Assembly (NCBI GenBank): GCA_963668315.1
Contig: OY764216.1
Span: 4,256,001-4,320,000, forward strand
DNA from: Spirochaetia bacterium
GTDB lineage: Bacteria; Spirochaetota; Spirochaetia; DSM-2461
DNA length: 64,000 bases
Direction of reading: 5' to 3'
Position numbers and translations under genes: made by a program. The notes below the pieces were generated by a model, which worked only from the letters and a program-made list of their open reading frames with translations, searched no databases and had not been told where the DNA came from. The first letter of the stretch is position 1; every line of letters starts with the position of its first letter. Positions 29,426 to 40,130 of the stretch are shown piece after piece.

Positions 29426-29650
29426 TGGGCCTGCTGAAAAAGTCTCTCAAGCAGCCTATGCTGAGCCCACAGGGTAAAGGGAAGGTAAAAATCCTCTAAT
29501 TTCTGCTGTTCCTTGGATTCGTCTTTATACATCAATAACCTCCCTGCAAGGGTTTTGGGCCAAAATGGCCGGAAGCAATGCAGTTACGGATAGTATATTG
29601 ATCATTAAATCCTTTGTATATTTAAAGTTACGGATTTTTCAGTAAGCCAT
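29426..29650. mobile_element. MITE-like non-autonomous element (IS1182/IS5-like ends)
   Basis: Imperfect terminal IR GGCCTGCTGAAAAAGTC / GGCTTACTGAAAAATCC; AATT on both flanks; no transposase. Confidence 0.5.
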
Positions 29651-29994
29651 AATTAATATTAGTAAAACATCCTTCCCAATCCCATAAAAAAGCCTTTTAT
29701 TATCCTATTATTAATTTCAATAATTCGCTAAACGTATTTCTTTCTATAAATAGCCCATTTTCAGATCTCGATATAAAAAAAATATGATTTTAAAAAACTC
29801 AAAATCCTCCAACTCTATTTCCCCTCTTAAATATAATACAAAAGGGCTCCCTAAAATTAAAAAAAAGCGGATATATTCCTTCATTGCGAATATAGTGATC
29901 TCAAAAGTCTGTACACATCATAAAGTTCAAATGATGTAGTATACTACTACAAAGGGAGCACAAATGAGAAAGAAATGGAGTGATGCCGCCGAGA

Positions 29995-31294
29995 GATAGT
30001 GTACAATAGTGTCTGTAAATTAGAAATAAAGGGGGCTTGAAAAAGTTAGCCAATCAGTCTTCGATTAGTTCGACGAAAAACAAAAGAAGGCATCATGACT
30101 AACGAGGATTACTATAGCGTTTTCGATCAAATGATTGAAGACCTCCAGGCAGAGAATAGAGAAGGATTAACAAAAGTCATAAGTTCAATAATGAATTTAT
30201 CTATGCGGTTAGAGCAGGAGAAGGCAATTCAAGCCAGTCATTATGAACGGAACGATGATCGTATTGGGCATAGGAATGGGTACAAGAGCAGAAAGATCCG
30301 GACTCGAGTCGGCGAAATTCCCATCGAGATCCCACAGGTCCGTGGGATGGAATTCTATCCTGGCAGCATTGAAAAGGGGTGCCGCAGCGAAAGAGCCCTG
30401 AAAATGGCCATAGCTCAGATGTACATCCAAGGCGTATCAACTCGCAGAGTGACCAAAATAGTAGAACAGCTCTGCGGCTTCGAAGTTTCCCAATCGCAGG
30501 TTTCAGAAGCGGCAGCTCTCCTTGATGAAGAGATCACCAAATGGCGTAATCGTCCTCTGGGAGCTTTTCCTTATCTTGTCGTTGACGCCACTTATGAGAA
30601 GGCTCGAGTGAATAGAACTGTTGTTTCTGCAGCCGTTCTAATTGCCTATGGTGTTGATAATAATGGGATGAGACGAGTATTGGGTATTTCTACAGAACTC
30701 AGTGAGGCCGATGTACACTGGAGAGGTTTTCTTTCCGGTCTGGTAGATCGGGGGCTCCATGGCGTGAAGATGATAACTTCCGATGCTCATAGCGGCCTGA
30801 GATCAGCAATAGAATCGGTTTTTCCAACAGTTCCCTGGCAGCGGTGCCAGTTCCATCTGCAACAGAATGCGGGACATCATGTGCCAAAGAAAAGTATGGA
30901 TAAAGAGGTCGCGGAGGATATAAGAACCATTTTTAACGCTCCCAATGGAGAGGAGGCTAACCGTTTTCTTTCTATGGCGGTGAAGAAGTATGAGAAAACT
31001 GCGCCAGAACTAAGCAGTTGGATGGATCAGAATGTTCCTGAAGCGCTCACGATCTTTAAAATGCCAAAGTCACATTGGAGAAGGTTAAGGACTTCAAATC
31101 TGGCAGAACGTCAGATGAGGGAAATTAAAAGAAGAACGAAGGTGGCTATGATATTTCCAAATAAGGAATCTGTCGATAGATTGGTTTCCGCTCTGTTAAT
31201 GGAAATAGATGAACAATGGTTCACAGGTAAGCGGTATTTAAATATGGAGACTGATTAACTTTTTTGATTTTACAGACAAAGGGGTTGCTCTATC
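29995..31294 (+). mobile_element. IS256-family element type a, copy 1 (intact, 1300 bp)
   Basis: GATAG...CTATC ends; 8-bp flanks cgccgaga/tgccgaga (7 of 8 match); Mutator transposase. Confidence 0.93.
30095..31258 (+). CDS. IS256 (Mutator) transposase
   Basis: RNGY, GVSTR, VDATY, SDAH, WQRCQFH, TSNLAER and EIKRRT. Confidence 0.95.
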   Translation: MTNEDYYSVFDQMIEDLQAENREGLTKVISSIMNLSMRLEQEKAIQASHYERNDDRIGHRNGYKSRKIRTRVGEIPIEIPQVRGMEFYPGSIEKGCRSERALKMAIAQMYIQGVSTRRVTKIVEQLCGFEVSQSQVSEAAALLDEEITKWRNRPLGAFPYLVVDATYEKARVNRTVVSAAVLIAYGVDNNGMRRVLGISTELSEADVHWRGFLSGLVDRGLHGVKMITSDAHSGLRSAIESVFPTVPWQRCQFHLQQNAGHHVPKKSMDKEVAEDIRTIFNAPNGEEANRFLSMAVKKYEKTAPELSSWMDQNVPEALTIFKMPKSHWRRLRTSNLAERQMREIKRRTKVAMIFPNKESVDRLVSALLMEIDEQWFTGKRYLNMETD

Positions 31295-31557
31295 TGCCGA
31301 GAAAGCCCGGATTGCCCTGATGGCGTTCAAAGAAGAGAAAACCGTTGCAGAGATTTCACAGGAAACAGGAGCCCATCCTTCCATGATCAATAAATGGAAA
31401 AAGGAACTTCTTGAGAATGCTGATATTGTATTCAGTAAGGGGAAATCAGATAATGAGAAGGAACTGGAAAAAGAACAGGAAGAGCTCTATAAAACGATTG
31501 GGAAACTTCATGCTGGAAATGACTTTCTAAAAAAAAATTAAAAGAACAGGGCCGATA

Positions 31558-32403
31558 TTGAGATCTATGGTTAATCCTAAACATAAAACTCTTTCTATTG
31601 AGGACCAATGCCGTCTTCTTGGTAAGAGTCGCGCCTGGTACTACTATAAACCATATAAAAGTCCCTCTAGAACCAGAAGAGATAATCTGGAAAAAAAGAA
31701 AATAAAGGACCTCTGGGAAGAACATATCTTTCTTGGCTATATACAGATATCTGATCTTCTTAATGAGAAAAATACAAAAACCTCTCCTAAAAGAGTTTAC
31801 CGGTTAATGAGAGAATTAGGGATTAAGGCGGTTGTTCCTAAAAGAGGTCTGACAAAACCGAATAAGAAACATAAAAAAAACCCTTATTTGTTAAGGGGTC
31901 TTAAAGTAATCCATAAGAACCAGGTGTGGTCGACTGATATCACCTATGTTGGGCTCCCAGGTGGAACGGCTTATATCATTGCGATAATCGATCTCCATAG
32001 CCGAAAGATCCTTTCCAGGAATGTCAGTAACACAATGGATACAGCATTTGTTATGGAAGCCTTATTACGAGCCATGATGAAACATGGTGTCCCTGAAATC
32101 ATCAATACAGATCAGGGGAGTCAGTTCACCAGCCAGGATTTCACTTCTTTCCTAGAACATGTAATGGTTAAAATCAGCATGGATGGAAAGGGCCGGGCGT
32201 TGGATAATATCTTTATTGAACGATTCTGGAAAACGTTGAAATACGAGGATATTTTTATCTATGGTTATGAGACTTTGAAGGATTTACGGAAAGGGGTGAA
32301 GAAGTACATTAAGTTCTATAATTCAGAACGACCTCATCAGAGTCTGGGAGGAAAATCTCCTGATAAGATTTATCATTCTGATCAGAGCTTAATTGCAGCA
32401 TAA
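31558..32403 (+). CDS. IS3 orfB transposase (rve core)
   Basis: WSTDITY, NTDQGSQF, DNIFIERFW and YNSERPHQSL. Confidence 0.93.
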   Translation: MRSMVNPKHKTLSIEDQCRLLGKSRAWYYYKPYKSPSRTRRDNLEKKKIKDLWEEHIFLGYIQISDLLNEKNTKTSPKRVYRLMRELGIKAVVPKRGLTKPNKKHKKNPYLLRGLKVIHKNQVWSTDITYVGLPGGTAYIIAIIDLHSRKILSRNVSNTMDTAFVMEALLRAMMKHGVPEIINTDQGSQFTSQDFTSFLEHVMVKISMDGKGRALDNIFIERFWKTLKYEDIFIYGYETLKDLRKGVKKYIKFYNSERPHQSLGGKSPDKIYHSDQSLIAA

Positions 32404-32896
32404 GGGTGTATTGACTGGAGGGTTCACAATATCTATAGTTGAAATCGAAACGCTAGCTCCCACTTCGAATTATCCAGATCAGAGAACTTAATTAATTTAT
32501 GTTAGTAGGATATATGACCAGTGTGTAAAATTTATAATAATTTCTTTATAAAGATCGATTATTAACGTAAATTCATTTGACAGTAAATATAACTTTACCT
32601 ATCATTTACTGGTAACTGATTTGAGTTTTCTGTTTTTTTACTATTAAAGCGCGAAACGTATTGTCTTTGGTGTATCAACCCCCTGGTGAGGCAGCAACTA
32701 TGGAAATTAGGATTTTTATTAGGAATTATAATTTATACTGAAATACAGCTCTCGGTAAGAGAAAAGAACAGATTTATTATTCTAAAAACACAAGGAAATT
32801 TTAATAGAGATTCAGTAATCAAATTAGTTATAAATATTTATTAATCAGGATTATGGAATCCATGTTATTAGAATAGATATAAGAGGCACAACGGGC

Positions 32897-33787
32897 ATGA
32901 GAAGAATTTGTGTGTTCGCACATTATGATCAAAATAATAGAATTGACGATTATGTATTATTATACTTGAAAAGAATTAAAGAGGTAGTTACTCGCATAAT
33001 TTTTGTATCTGATAATAATTTATATACAGATGAAGTAAGTAAGATTTATGATGTAGTATCGCAAAGTGATATTCTTGTACAAAAACATGGAGAATATGAT
33101 TTTGGTAGTTACAAGAGAGGTATAAATCATATTGGTTTCAATCTACTTTTTTCTCTATATGATCAATTATTATTATGTAATGATAGTTGTTATGGGCCTT
33201 TTTTTCCTTTGAATCCTATTTTTCAAAAAATGTCAGATACAAAAAGTGATTTCTGGGGTTTAACCCAAAATGATCATCGAAAAAGAATGCCTCTGCATAT
33301 TCAGAGTTATTTCTTGGTTTTTAATAAATGTATCTTTCTTAATAAAAGTTTTAAAGCCTTTTGGGATGAAGTTGGTATATATAAAGAGAAAGATGATATA
33401 GTTTTAAACTATGAAGTTAAATTAACCACTATTTTGGTTAATGAAGGTTTTCAATTTAAAACTTATTTTGAAAATAAACATTACGATCTAACACTTCGTG
33501 ATTATAGCATCATTATTCCTAATGGTTTTCCTTTTTTAAAGAAACAATTAATAAATGGAAATCGTTATCGTTTAGATATTTATTCTTGGGACAAAGTCAT
33601 TAGAAATGTGACGGATTATCCAATTCGACTTATATTTAAACACTTGTTGAAAAATCGAAAGAAATCAGATTATTTTAGAATTTTAATTGAATGTATAAAA
33701 TACAAAGGAATTTTTAGTATATATTCTGTACAGGCATTTATTCAATATTTGTCTAATTTATTACACCTTAAAGTTATTTTTTTCTGA
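32897..33787 (+). CDS. Rhamnan synthesis F (RgpF)-family protein
   Basis: FAHYD, YDFGSYK, LCNDSCYGP, DFWGLT and HIQSYFL. Confidence 0.8.
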   Translation: MRRICVFAHYDQNNRIDDYVLLYLKRIKEVVTRIIFVSDNNLYTDEVSKIYDVVSQSDILVQKHGEYDFGSYKRGINHIGFNLLFSLYDQLLLCNDSCYGPFFPLNPIFQKMSDTKSDFWGLTQNDHRKRMPLHIQSYFLVFNKCIFLNKSFKAFWDEVGIYKEKDDIVLNYEVKLTTILVNEGFQFKTYFENKHYDLTLRDYSIIIPNGFPFLKKQLINGNRYRLDIYSWDKVIRNVTDYPIRLIFKHLLKNRKKSDYFRILIECIKYKGIFSIYSVQAFIQYLSNLLHLKVIFF

Positions 33788-33836
33788 TATAAAATCCTAA
33801 GAAATATTAAATTACTATTTTGCAGAAGTAATAAGA

Positions 33837-34853
33837 TTGGGGATAGTGGTGAGAAATGAAAAAGTTGATATTCTTAGATTAATCGGAATATTCATGATAA
33901 TTTTAGCACATTCAGGAACTCCTGAAATAATATTTCAGGTAAGAAACTTTGATGTTCCCTTAATGGTTTTAATAAGCGGGATTTCCTTTTCCATTACCAG
34001 TAAAAGAAATTATTCTTATGGTACTTATATATTAAAACGAATAAAGAGGCTTGTTTTTCCTACATGGACTTTTCTTGCTTTTTATTTTTTATATTTATCT
34101 CAAACTAGTGAAGGTTTACCAGAATTGGAAGATATTATCCATTCATTTACTCTTCAAGGGGGAATCGGTTATGTTTGGATAATAAGAGTCTTTTTATTAG
34201 TTTCCATTAGCTTTCCTTTTCTAAAATATCTAAATGACAAAATAGATAAAGATTTTTATTTCCTTATTATTCTCATATCTCTATTATATTCTTTTGAAAT
34301 AATTAGGCTTTTAACCGTTAATAATAATTCAACCACACACATACTATCAGATATCTTTCTTTATATAATTCCGTATTCTATAATTGGATTTCTTGGAATA
34401 CGTATAATCTCACTATCCTCCGTAACTACTTTGAAATATGGTTTTGTTTTATTAATCATTTTTTTAACAATGGCTATTTATTATTATCACCAAAACAATG
34501 ATTTTATTCAAACTCAAGTATATAAGTACCCTCCCGGGATTTATTATACATCTTATGCTCTTTTTGTTTCTTTATTTCTATGGTTTTTTGTAAATATCTT
34601 TGGAGATAGATTCTATAATAATAGGATAATAAAAAAATTATTATTCTTATCTAAAAATACAATGTGGATATACCTTTGGCATATACCATTTGTATCAATA
34701 ATACAGACTAACTTTATCGTTAAATCTTTTTCTCTCTTTTTTATTGCTTCTTTTTTGATGTGCTTACAATATTATATAATTAAGAAGATTTGTGAGAAGG
34801 ATTTTTTATCAGATAAAACTAAGAAGAACCTTAGAGTAATATTTACTGGTTGA
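33837..34853 (+). CDS. Membrane acyltransferase (Acyl_transf_3)
   Basis: DILRLIGIFMIILAH, FDVPLMVLISG, KRIKRL and IYLWH; multi-TM. Confidence 0.8.
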   Translation: MGIVVRNEKVDILRLIGIFMIILAHSGTPEIIFQVRNFDVPLMVLISGISFSITSKRNYSYGTYILKRIKRLVFPTWTFLAFYFLYLSQTSEGLPELEDIIHSFTLQGGIGYVWIIRVFLLVSISFPFLKYLNDKIDKDFYFLIILISLLYSFEIIRLLTVNNNSTTHILSDIFLYIIPYSIIGFLGIRIISLSSVTTLKYGFVLLIIFLTMAIYYYHQNNDFIQTQVYKYPPGIYYTSYALFVSLFLWFFVNIFGDRFYNNRIIKKLLFLSKNTMWIYLWHIPFVSIIQTNFIVKSFSLFFIASFLMCLQYYIIKKICEKDFLSDKTKKNLRVIFTG

Positions 34854-35552
34854 ACTATGATATTATATATTTAAAAATAAATAGCCCGATAAACAGGACT
34901 AAACTGACTTATGCTACCTCCTTATTTATACTAGCATTCTATGCTGAGCCCACAGGGTAAACCAGTACTTTAAATATTTAAGTTGGAATTCCCGATTCAT
35001 GATAATATGAAAAGGGAGAAAATCAATGAAGAGAAAATTCGATGAAGAGTTCAAAGCGAAAGTAGCACTGGAAGCGTTAAAGGAAGAAAAAACTCTTCAG
35101 GAACTGGCTGAGGAATATGAAGTACATCCGAACCAGATCAGTATGTGGAAAAAACGATAAAGCAACCCTTTTGTCTGTAAAATTAGAAAAAGTTAATCAG
35201 TCTCCATATTCAAATATCTTTTACCTGTAAACCACTGCTCATCTATTTCCATTAACAGAGCCGCGATCAGACGATCAACGGACTTCCTATTTGGAAATAT
35301 CATGGCTACCCTTGTTCGCCTCTTTATTTCTTTCATCTGCCGCTCTGCCAAATTTGAAGTTCTTAGCCGTCGCCAATGAGCCTTTGGCATTGAGAAGACG
35401 GTAAGGGACTCGGGGATATTCTCATCCATCCAGCTACTCAGATCGGGCGCCGTTTCCTCATATTTTTTAACAGCCATTGAAAGAAAGCGTTTCGCTTCTT
35501 CTCCATTGGGTGCGTTAAAAATAGTTCTGATGTCTTCTGCTACCTCCTTCTC

Positions 35553-36901
35553 GGATAGCGTACAATCAAGTTCGCAATTTTAATTATTGAAAGAAGCCAT
35601 CGAATTCTCCAGAATGGTAATGCACAACTAAAACCATGGAGGAAGAAAACGATGGCTAAGGAAAATGATAATGGTAATCTGGAAAAAATGCTACTCCAAT
35701 TCATTTCGGAACCGGATCCCATTTTCAGCTTATTGAAATGGCTACTGGAAAAGCTTATGGAAATAGAAGCGGCGAATAAAGTAGGAGCTCAAAAGGGGTC
35801 TCATTCTACGGGAAGATCCACCCATTTTTCTGGATATCGACCACGCCGATTTGATACTCGTCTTGGAACACTGTATCTCCTTGTCCCCAAGCTCAGAAAA
35901 GGCGGATATATTCCCTTCTTTGTAACAGAAAAGAAGAGATCCGAGCAAGCTCTGATTCAGGTTGTCCAGGAAGCATTTATCAACGGTGTTTCAACCAGAA
36001 AGATTGAGAAATTGGCTATGAGTCTGGGCATTGAAAATATTTCAGCCAGCCAGGTCTCTGAAATCAATAAGGGACTTGATGAACAGGTAGATGAATTCCG
36101 CTATCGATCTCTTGATTCAGAATATCCTGTCATCTGGGTTGATGCCCTCTATGAAAAGATCCGGTATAACGGAAGAGTGAGAAATATGGCTGTGATGGTT
36201 GTATCTGGTGTTAATTCACAAGGATTCAAAGAAATCCTTGCTGTTGAACCAATGCAGGAAGAATCAGAAAGCACTTATACCGAACTGTTCAGGTCTCTTA
36301 AAGCAAGAGGATTTAAAAATGCCTGGCTCTGTGTCTCTGATGCCCATCTGGGACTTCAAGCCGCCATAAGAAAGGAACTCATCGGTTGCTCCTGGCAACG
36401 CTGTAAAATCCATTTTATGAGGAACATCCTGTCCCATCTTCCTGCCAGGGATAAAGAAGCTGTTGCCGGCAGAATTAAGCAGATTTGGAATCAACCGAAC
36501 TCCCAATCGGCCCGTGAATATGCATACCGAATTATAGAGGAATTTGAAGAACAATTTCCGAAGTCCATGACTTGTCTTGAAGACGGATTAGAAGACTCTC
36601 TTCAGTATTATGAATTCTCAGAAATAGACAGCCGGAAAACTGCTTCTACCAATCAACTGGAACGATTGAATCGGGAAATCCGTAGACGATCTCGTGTTGT
36701 GGGAATCTTTCCCAGTATTGACTCCTACCTTAGACTAGTCTGTTGTTACCTGATTGAATACTCAGAAGACTGGGCTTCGGGAAAACGGTATATCAGTGAG
36801 AAATCGATTGATGAACAAAGAATTAAATTAGGTCAGGCTGCCTAATGGGGAATTTTGATGGCTTCTTGAAAGGAAAGTTGCGAACATGGCTGGACACTAT
36901 C
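35553..36901 (+). mobile_element. IS256 type b, copy 1 (1349 bp)
   Basis: GGATAG...ACTATC ends; 8-bp TSD tccttctc. Confidence 0.92.
35652..36845 (+). CDS. IS256 transposase (type b)
   Basis: GVSTRK, WVDALY, SDAH, WQRCKIH and STNQLERLNREIRRR. Confidence 0.95.
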   Translation: MAKENDNGNLEKMLLQFISEPDPIFSLLKWLLEKLMEIEAANKVGAQKGSHSTGRSTHFSGYRPRRFDTRLGTLYLLVPKLRKGGYIPFFVTEKKRSEQALIQVVQEAFINGVSTRKIEKLAMSLGIENISASQVSEINKGLDEQVDEFRYRSLDSEYPVIWVDALYEKIRYNGRVRNMAVMVVSGVNSQGFKEILAVEPMQEESESTYTELFRSLKARGFKNAWLCVSDAHLGLQAAIRKELIGCSWQRCKIHFMRNILSHLPARDKEAVAGRIKQIWNQPNSQSAREYAYRIIEEFEEQFPKSMTCLEDGLEDSLQYYEFSEIDSRKTASTNQLERLNREIRRRSRVVGIFPSIDSYLRLVCCYLIEYSEDWASGKRYISEKSIDEQRIKLGQAA

Positions 36902-37669
36902 TCCTTCTCCATGCTCTTCTTGGGAACGTGATGAGAAGCATTCTGCTGGAGATGAAACTGACAGCGATGCCAGGGAACCGTAGGAAAAACAGCCTCTATT
37001 GCAGATTTTAGACCACTATGGGCATCTGAAGTTATCATTCTGACTCCATGTAAACCTCGGTCAACCAATCCAGCGAGGAACTTTCTCCAATGAACATCAG
37101 CCTCGCTGAGTTCTGTTGAAATCCCAAGAACCCTTCTCATTCCCTTATTATCAACTCCATAAGCAATTAGAACGGCTGCCGAAACGACAGCTCTATCCAC
37201 ACGAGCTTTTTCATAGGTCGCATCCACAATGAGATAGCGAAAAGCTCCCAGAGGGCGATTCCGCCACTTAGAAATCTCTTCATCCAGCAGTGCGGTTGCT
37301 TCAGAAACCTGGGATTGGGAAACTTCGAAGCCGCAGAGCTGTTCTACAATTTTGGTTACTCTGCGAGTTGATACCCCCTGGATATACATCTGAGCTATTG
37401 CCATTTTCAACGCCCTTTCGCTGCGGCACCCTTTTTCAATGCTGCCAGGATAGAATTCCATCCCACGGACCTGCGGAATCTCGATAGGGATCTCACCTAC
37501 ACGAGTTCGAATCTTCCTGCTTTTGTACCCGTTTCTATGGCCAATGCGATCGTCATTCCGTTCATAATGACTGGCTTGGATTGCCTTCTCTTGCTCTAAC
37601 CGCATGTTGAATCACACATTATCCTGACCAAAACTTCCAGATTATTCTGGAATCCAAATTATTTTAACA

Positions 37670-37688
37670 GCTTCCCCGAAAGGGAAGC
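37670..37688 (-). terminator. Hairpin after the last transposon gene
   Basis: GCTTCCC-cgaaa-GGGAAGC just downstream of the 37697 stop; weak U-tract. Confidence 0.4.
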
Positions 37689-37696
37689 CATAAATC

Positions 37697-38002
37697 TTAG
37701 AACGGCAAACTTAACTGTCCGTCAAAATCCGCATCAGGATCAAGAGAAAGTTCATCCCACTCCTTCTCAAGTATCTCCTCAATTACCGGTACAGAGACCT
37801 TTCCATAATAGAGAGCTCTCTCACAGGCTGCCTCCATTCTCACCGGCGAGACCTTAAACGTCAGATCCAAAAACCGACTGACCTCTTCATATTTCTCATG
37901 GCACCACCTACCCCACAACATATAGGCTACCTGCCTGGTTTTCTCCATGAAAAGATAAGTTTCAGGAGGAGTAAAGCGAAAAAAAGTTTTCCCATTATCC
38001 AT
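37697..38002 (-). CDS. Small transposon accessory protein resembling the IS21 IstA C-terminal helix region
   Basis: AGGAGG RBS; RMEAACERALYYG...IEEILEKEWD resembles the IstA tail motif RLEAAC.RAL..G....V..IL.KGLD. Confidence 0.55.
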   Translation of the reverse strand: MDNGKTFFRFTPPETYLFMEKTRQVAYMLWGRWCHEKYEEVSRFLDLTFKVSPVRMEAACERALYYGKVSVPVIEEILEKEWDELSLDPDADFDGQLSLPF

Positions 38003-38016
38003 ACGGCTTCCTCCTG

Positions 38017-38820
38017 TTAGATGATTTCGGTCTGAGCGATGCGAACATGTTCCGCGGAAACGAGCTGACTTTTTTCTTTCGCCGCCGCCATCATAGCTCC
38101 CCTGGCGATGGTGTTAGCCCGTCTTAGAAGTCCTCCCGATGTTTGATGGATAGCAAGAATGGCTTCATCTGCGAATAGGGGCTTCTCCATCCCGGCCAGA
38201 TGAAGATGATGTTCCAGGTATCCTTTCATATGCTTCAGATTCAGACTGTCCAAATGGGAGCGCCCCACGATACGCGATGCCAGGGGTTTGGCGGAAATAG
38301 CCATGAGTTTGTCTATGAGCCCGTCCTGCCCGCAGAGAATTATGGGCATAATCGGGTTTGAATCAAAATCAAACTGACAGAGAGTATGAAGCTGGTTGAA
38401 GACCTTGGACTTAAGAAGATGGGCTTCATCTATAACGAGAATGGGGACTTTTTTCTTTGAAGCAATGTCTTTTATGATATCCCGGACATTTTTCATCGCG
38501 ATAGCCAGCTGAAATGAACGGTACTCCTCCCCAAACTCCATAAGAAACTGCCGTAAAAGCTCCATCATACTGCCCGATGTAGCGACCAGCGAGATAATCT
38601 TGTACTTCCCCGGGTGGAACTTACTACACGCCAATCTCAGAGATGTGGATTTCCCGGATCCTACTTCCCCAGTGATGAGAGAGATAGCTCCCAGCTTTAC
38701 GGCGTATTCAAATCTGTCCAAAAGGGGCGGTAGTCCAGGCAGCATATAGAGATCATCCAATTTGATTTTCTGAGAATAGGGCTCCTGTGTTAATCCGTAA
38801 AAATGCTTTATATCAATCAT
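38017..38820 (-). CDS. ExeA-like AAA+ ATPase (transposition regulator)
   Basis: Walker A GEVGSGKS, Walker B LVIDEAH, LCGQ and GLLRRAN. Confidence 0.88.
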   Translation of the reverse strand: MIDIKHFYGLTQEPYSQKIKLDDLYMLPGLPPLLDRFEYAVKLGAISLITGEVGSGKSTSLRLACSKFHPGKYKIISLVATSGSMMELLRQFLMEFGEEYRSFQLAIAMKNVRDIIKDIASKKKVPILVIDEAHLLKSKVFNQLHTLCQFDFDSNPIMPIILCGQDGLIDKLMAISAKPLASRIVGRSHLDSLNLKHMKGYLEHHLHLAGMEKPLFADEAILAIHQTSGGLLRRANTIARGAMMAAAKEKSQLVSAEHVRIAQTEII

Positions 38821-40102
38821 CGTTTTCTTCCTCCGAGAATAGTTGTCCGCCGCTATAGGGATTGGAATTCAGATCAGCTTGAATCTCTGAACGTTTGACC
38901 TGGCTATTGATATGCACGTCCATAGGTTTAAGAAATCCTCTGGATTTATCGGCAATAAAGATTTCTACCCGGCTCATATCCGATTCATCGTAAGAGAGGT
39001 AGACCTTCTGCCCTGCCAGACCGATGGGTGCCTGGTATAGTTTTCCCTCGATACTGACCGATCTGTCATTGGTTACCGTTCTGAGCAGTCTCTTACGAAA
39101 ATAATCATTCAGATTCTCCGGAGCCGATCGAAGAAGGGTTAGTGATTTCAAATAACGGTCCAGAGGTTTCTCCCGGATTGAAGAGTGTTTCCTAATATGA
39201 TAATTCTCATCAATGAAAGCAGCGAGATGCCCGTTCAATTCCTCCAATGTCAGTTCTTCCGGAAGGGCTTGAAGAACCTCCATCCTGACCGTCCTGTTAA
39301 ATCTTTCGATTTTCCCTTTCCCTTGAGGGCGGTAGGGCTTCGCATACGTCAGAACAATCCCCAGAGAAGCGCAACCGTATTGAAGCTTATGGGATTTGAA
39401 ATAAGCGCCGTTGTCCGTGTAGAGTTTACGGGGAAGGCCACGCTTAACCAGGGCTTTCTTCATACAGTCGATAAAATTGTCCACATTCTCCCGTAGATAG
39501 AACTGGGCATGGGGAATAAGACGGGAATGATCGTCGATGATGGCGAACATATAGGATTTTCTACGGCGGCCCTCATGAATGACATAAGGACCGTGCATAC
39601 AGTCCGATTGCCAGAGGTCATTGGGAAACTCCACTTCGAACTTCAACATATCTTCCTTCTGCTTCCTCTCCTTACCCAGTCCATGTTTTTTCAGAATTCT
39701 ATAGATGGATTGGGAGGAGGCGTTGAAGTCGGGAGGAAGTACATTTCTTTGCCGGGCCAGCCTCATCAAGACGGGAACGGATGCCTTCATAAAATCCTTT
39801 CTCAGATTAATGAAGGCCAGTTCTGTTTCCCTGTCCATAATGCGGCATCCGCCCTGGTCCCCCCGGCTTTTGGGATGCAGACTCTCTATTTGCCGACCGC
39901 TGGATTCATACTTTCTGAGCCAACTGAGGATAGTCGCGCGGCTGATATAGGTACGGGTGGAAAAAGGGATATTCCACTCCCTAGCCGTCAATTTATCAAG
40001 GACATCCCTTTGCATACCCCAATCTTCTCTGCTCAGATCCAGTAAAGGATAGATCACAGAAAACCGGAAGGCGGCTACTTTTTCTCGTTCTTCTTTGGTC
40101 AT
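38813..40102 (-). CDS. DDE integrase/transposase (rve core, Mu-like C-terminus)
   Basis: WQSD, IDDHSR, YTDNG, PQGKGKIERFNRT and YHIRKHSS. Confidence 0.92.
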   Translation of the reverse strand: MTKEEREKVAAFRFSVIYPLLDLSREDWGMQRDVLDKLTAREWNIPFSTRTYISRATILSWLRKYESSGRQIESLHPKSRGDQGGCRIMDRETELAFINLRKDFMKASVPVLMRLARQRNVLPPDFNASSQSIYRILKKHGLGKERKQKEDMLKFEVEFPNDLWQSDCMHGPYVIHEGRRRKSYMFAIIDDHSRLIPHAQFYLRENVDNFIDCMKKALVKRGLPRKLYTDNGAYFKSHKLQYGCASLGIVLTYAKPYRPQGKGKIERFNRTVRMEVLQALPEELTLEELNGHLAAFIDENYHIRKHSSIREKPLDRYLKSLTLLRSAPENLNDYFRKRLLRTVTNDRSVSIEGKLYQAPIGLAGQKVYLSYDESDMSRVEIFIADKSRGFLKPMDVHINSQVKRSEIQADLNSNPYSGGQLFSEEENDD

Positions 40103-40130
40103 AAAACCTCCTAAAACGTTTTATTTCCAT

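Larger units (their letters stand above)
29964..31541 (+). pseudogene. IS3 orfA (HTH), split by an IS256 insertion
   Basis: MRKKWSDAAE | KARIALMAFKEEKTVAEISQETGAHPSMINKWKK. Confidence 0.8.
29891..32431 (+). mobile_element. IS3-family element A, orfA interrupted by IS256
   Basis: Imperfect IRs tatagtgatctcaaaagtctgtacac / tattgtgaaccctccagtcaatacac. orfA starts at 29964 (MRKKWSDA) and resumes at 31295. A9 slippery tract at 31529-31537; orfB integrase core follows. Confidence 0.85.

Noticed and set aside
31529..31537. A9 tract as a phase-variation switch
   Set aside because: It is the IS3 frameshift site. It seems one A short of giving a -1 OrfAB fusion, consistent with decay or a homopolymer sequencing error.
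36823..37605. 260-aa and 94-aa (35193-35477) ORFs as independent genes
   Set aside because: They are fragments of one IS256 transposase split by two insertions.
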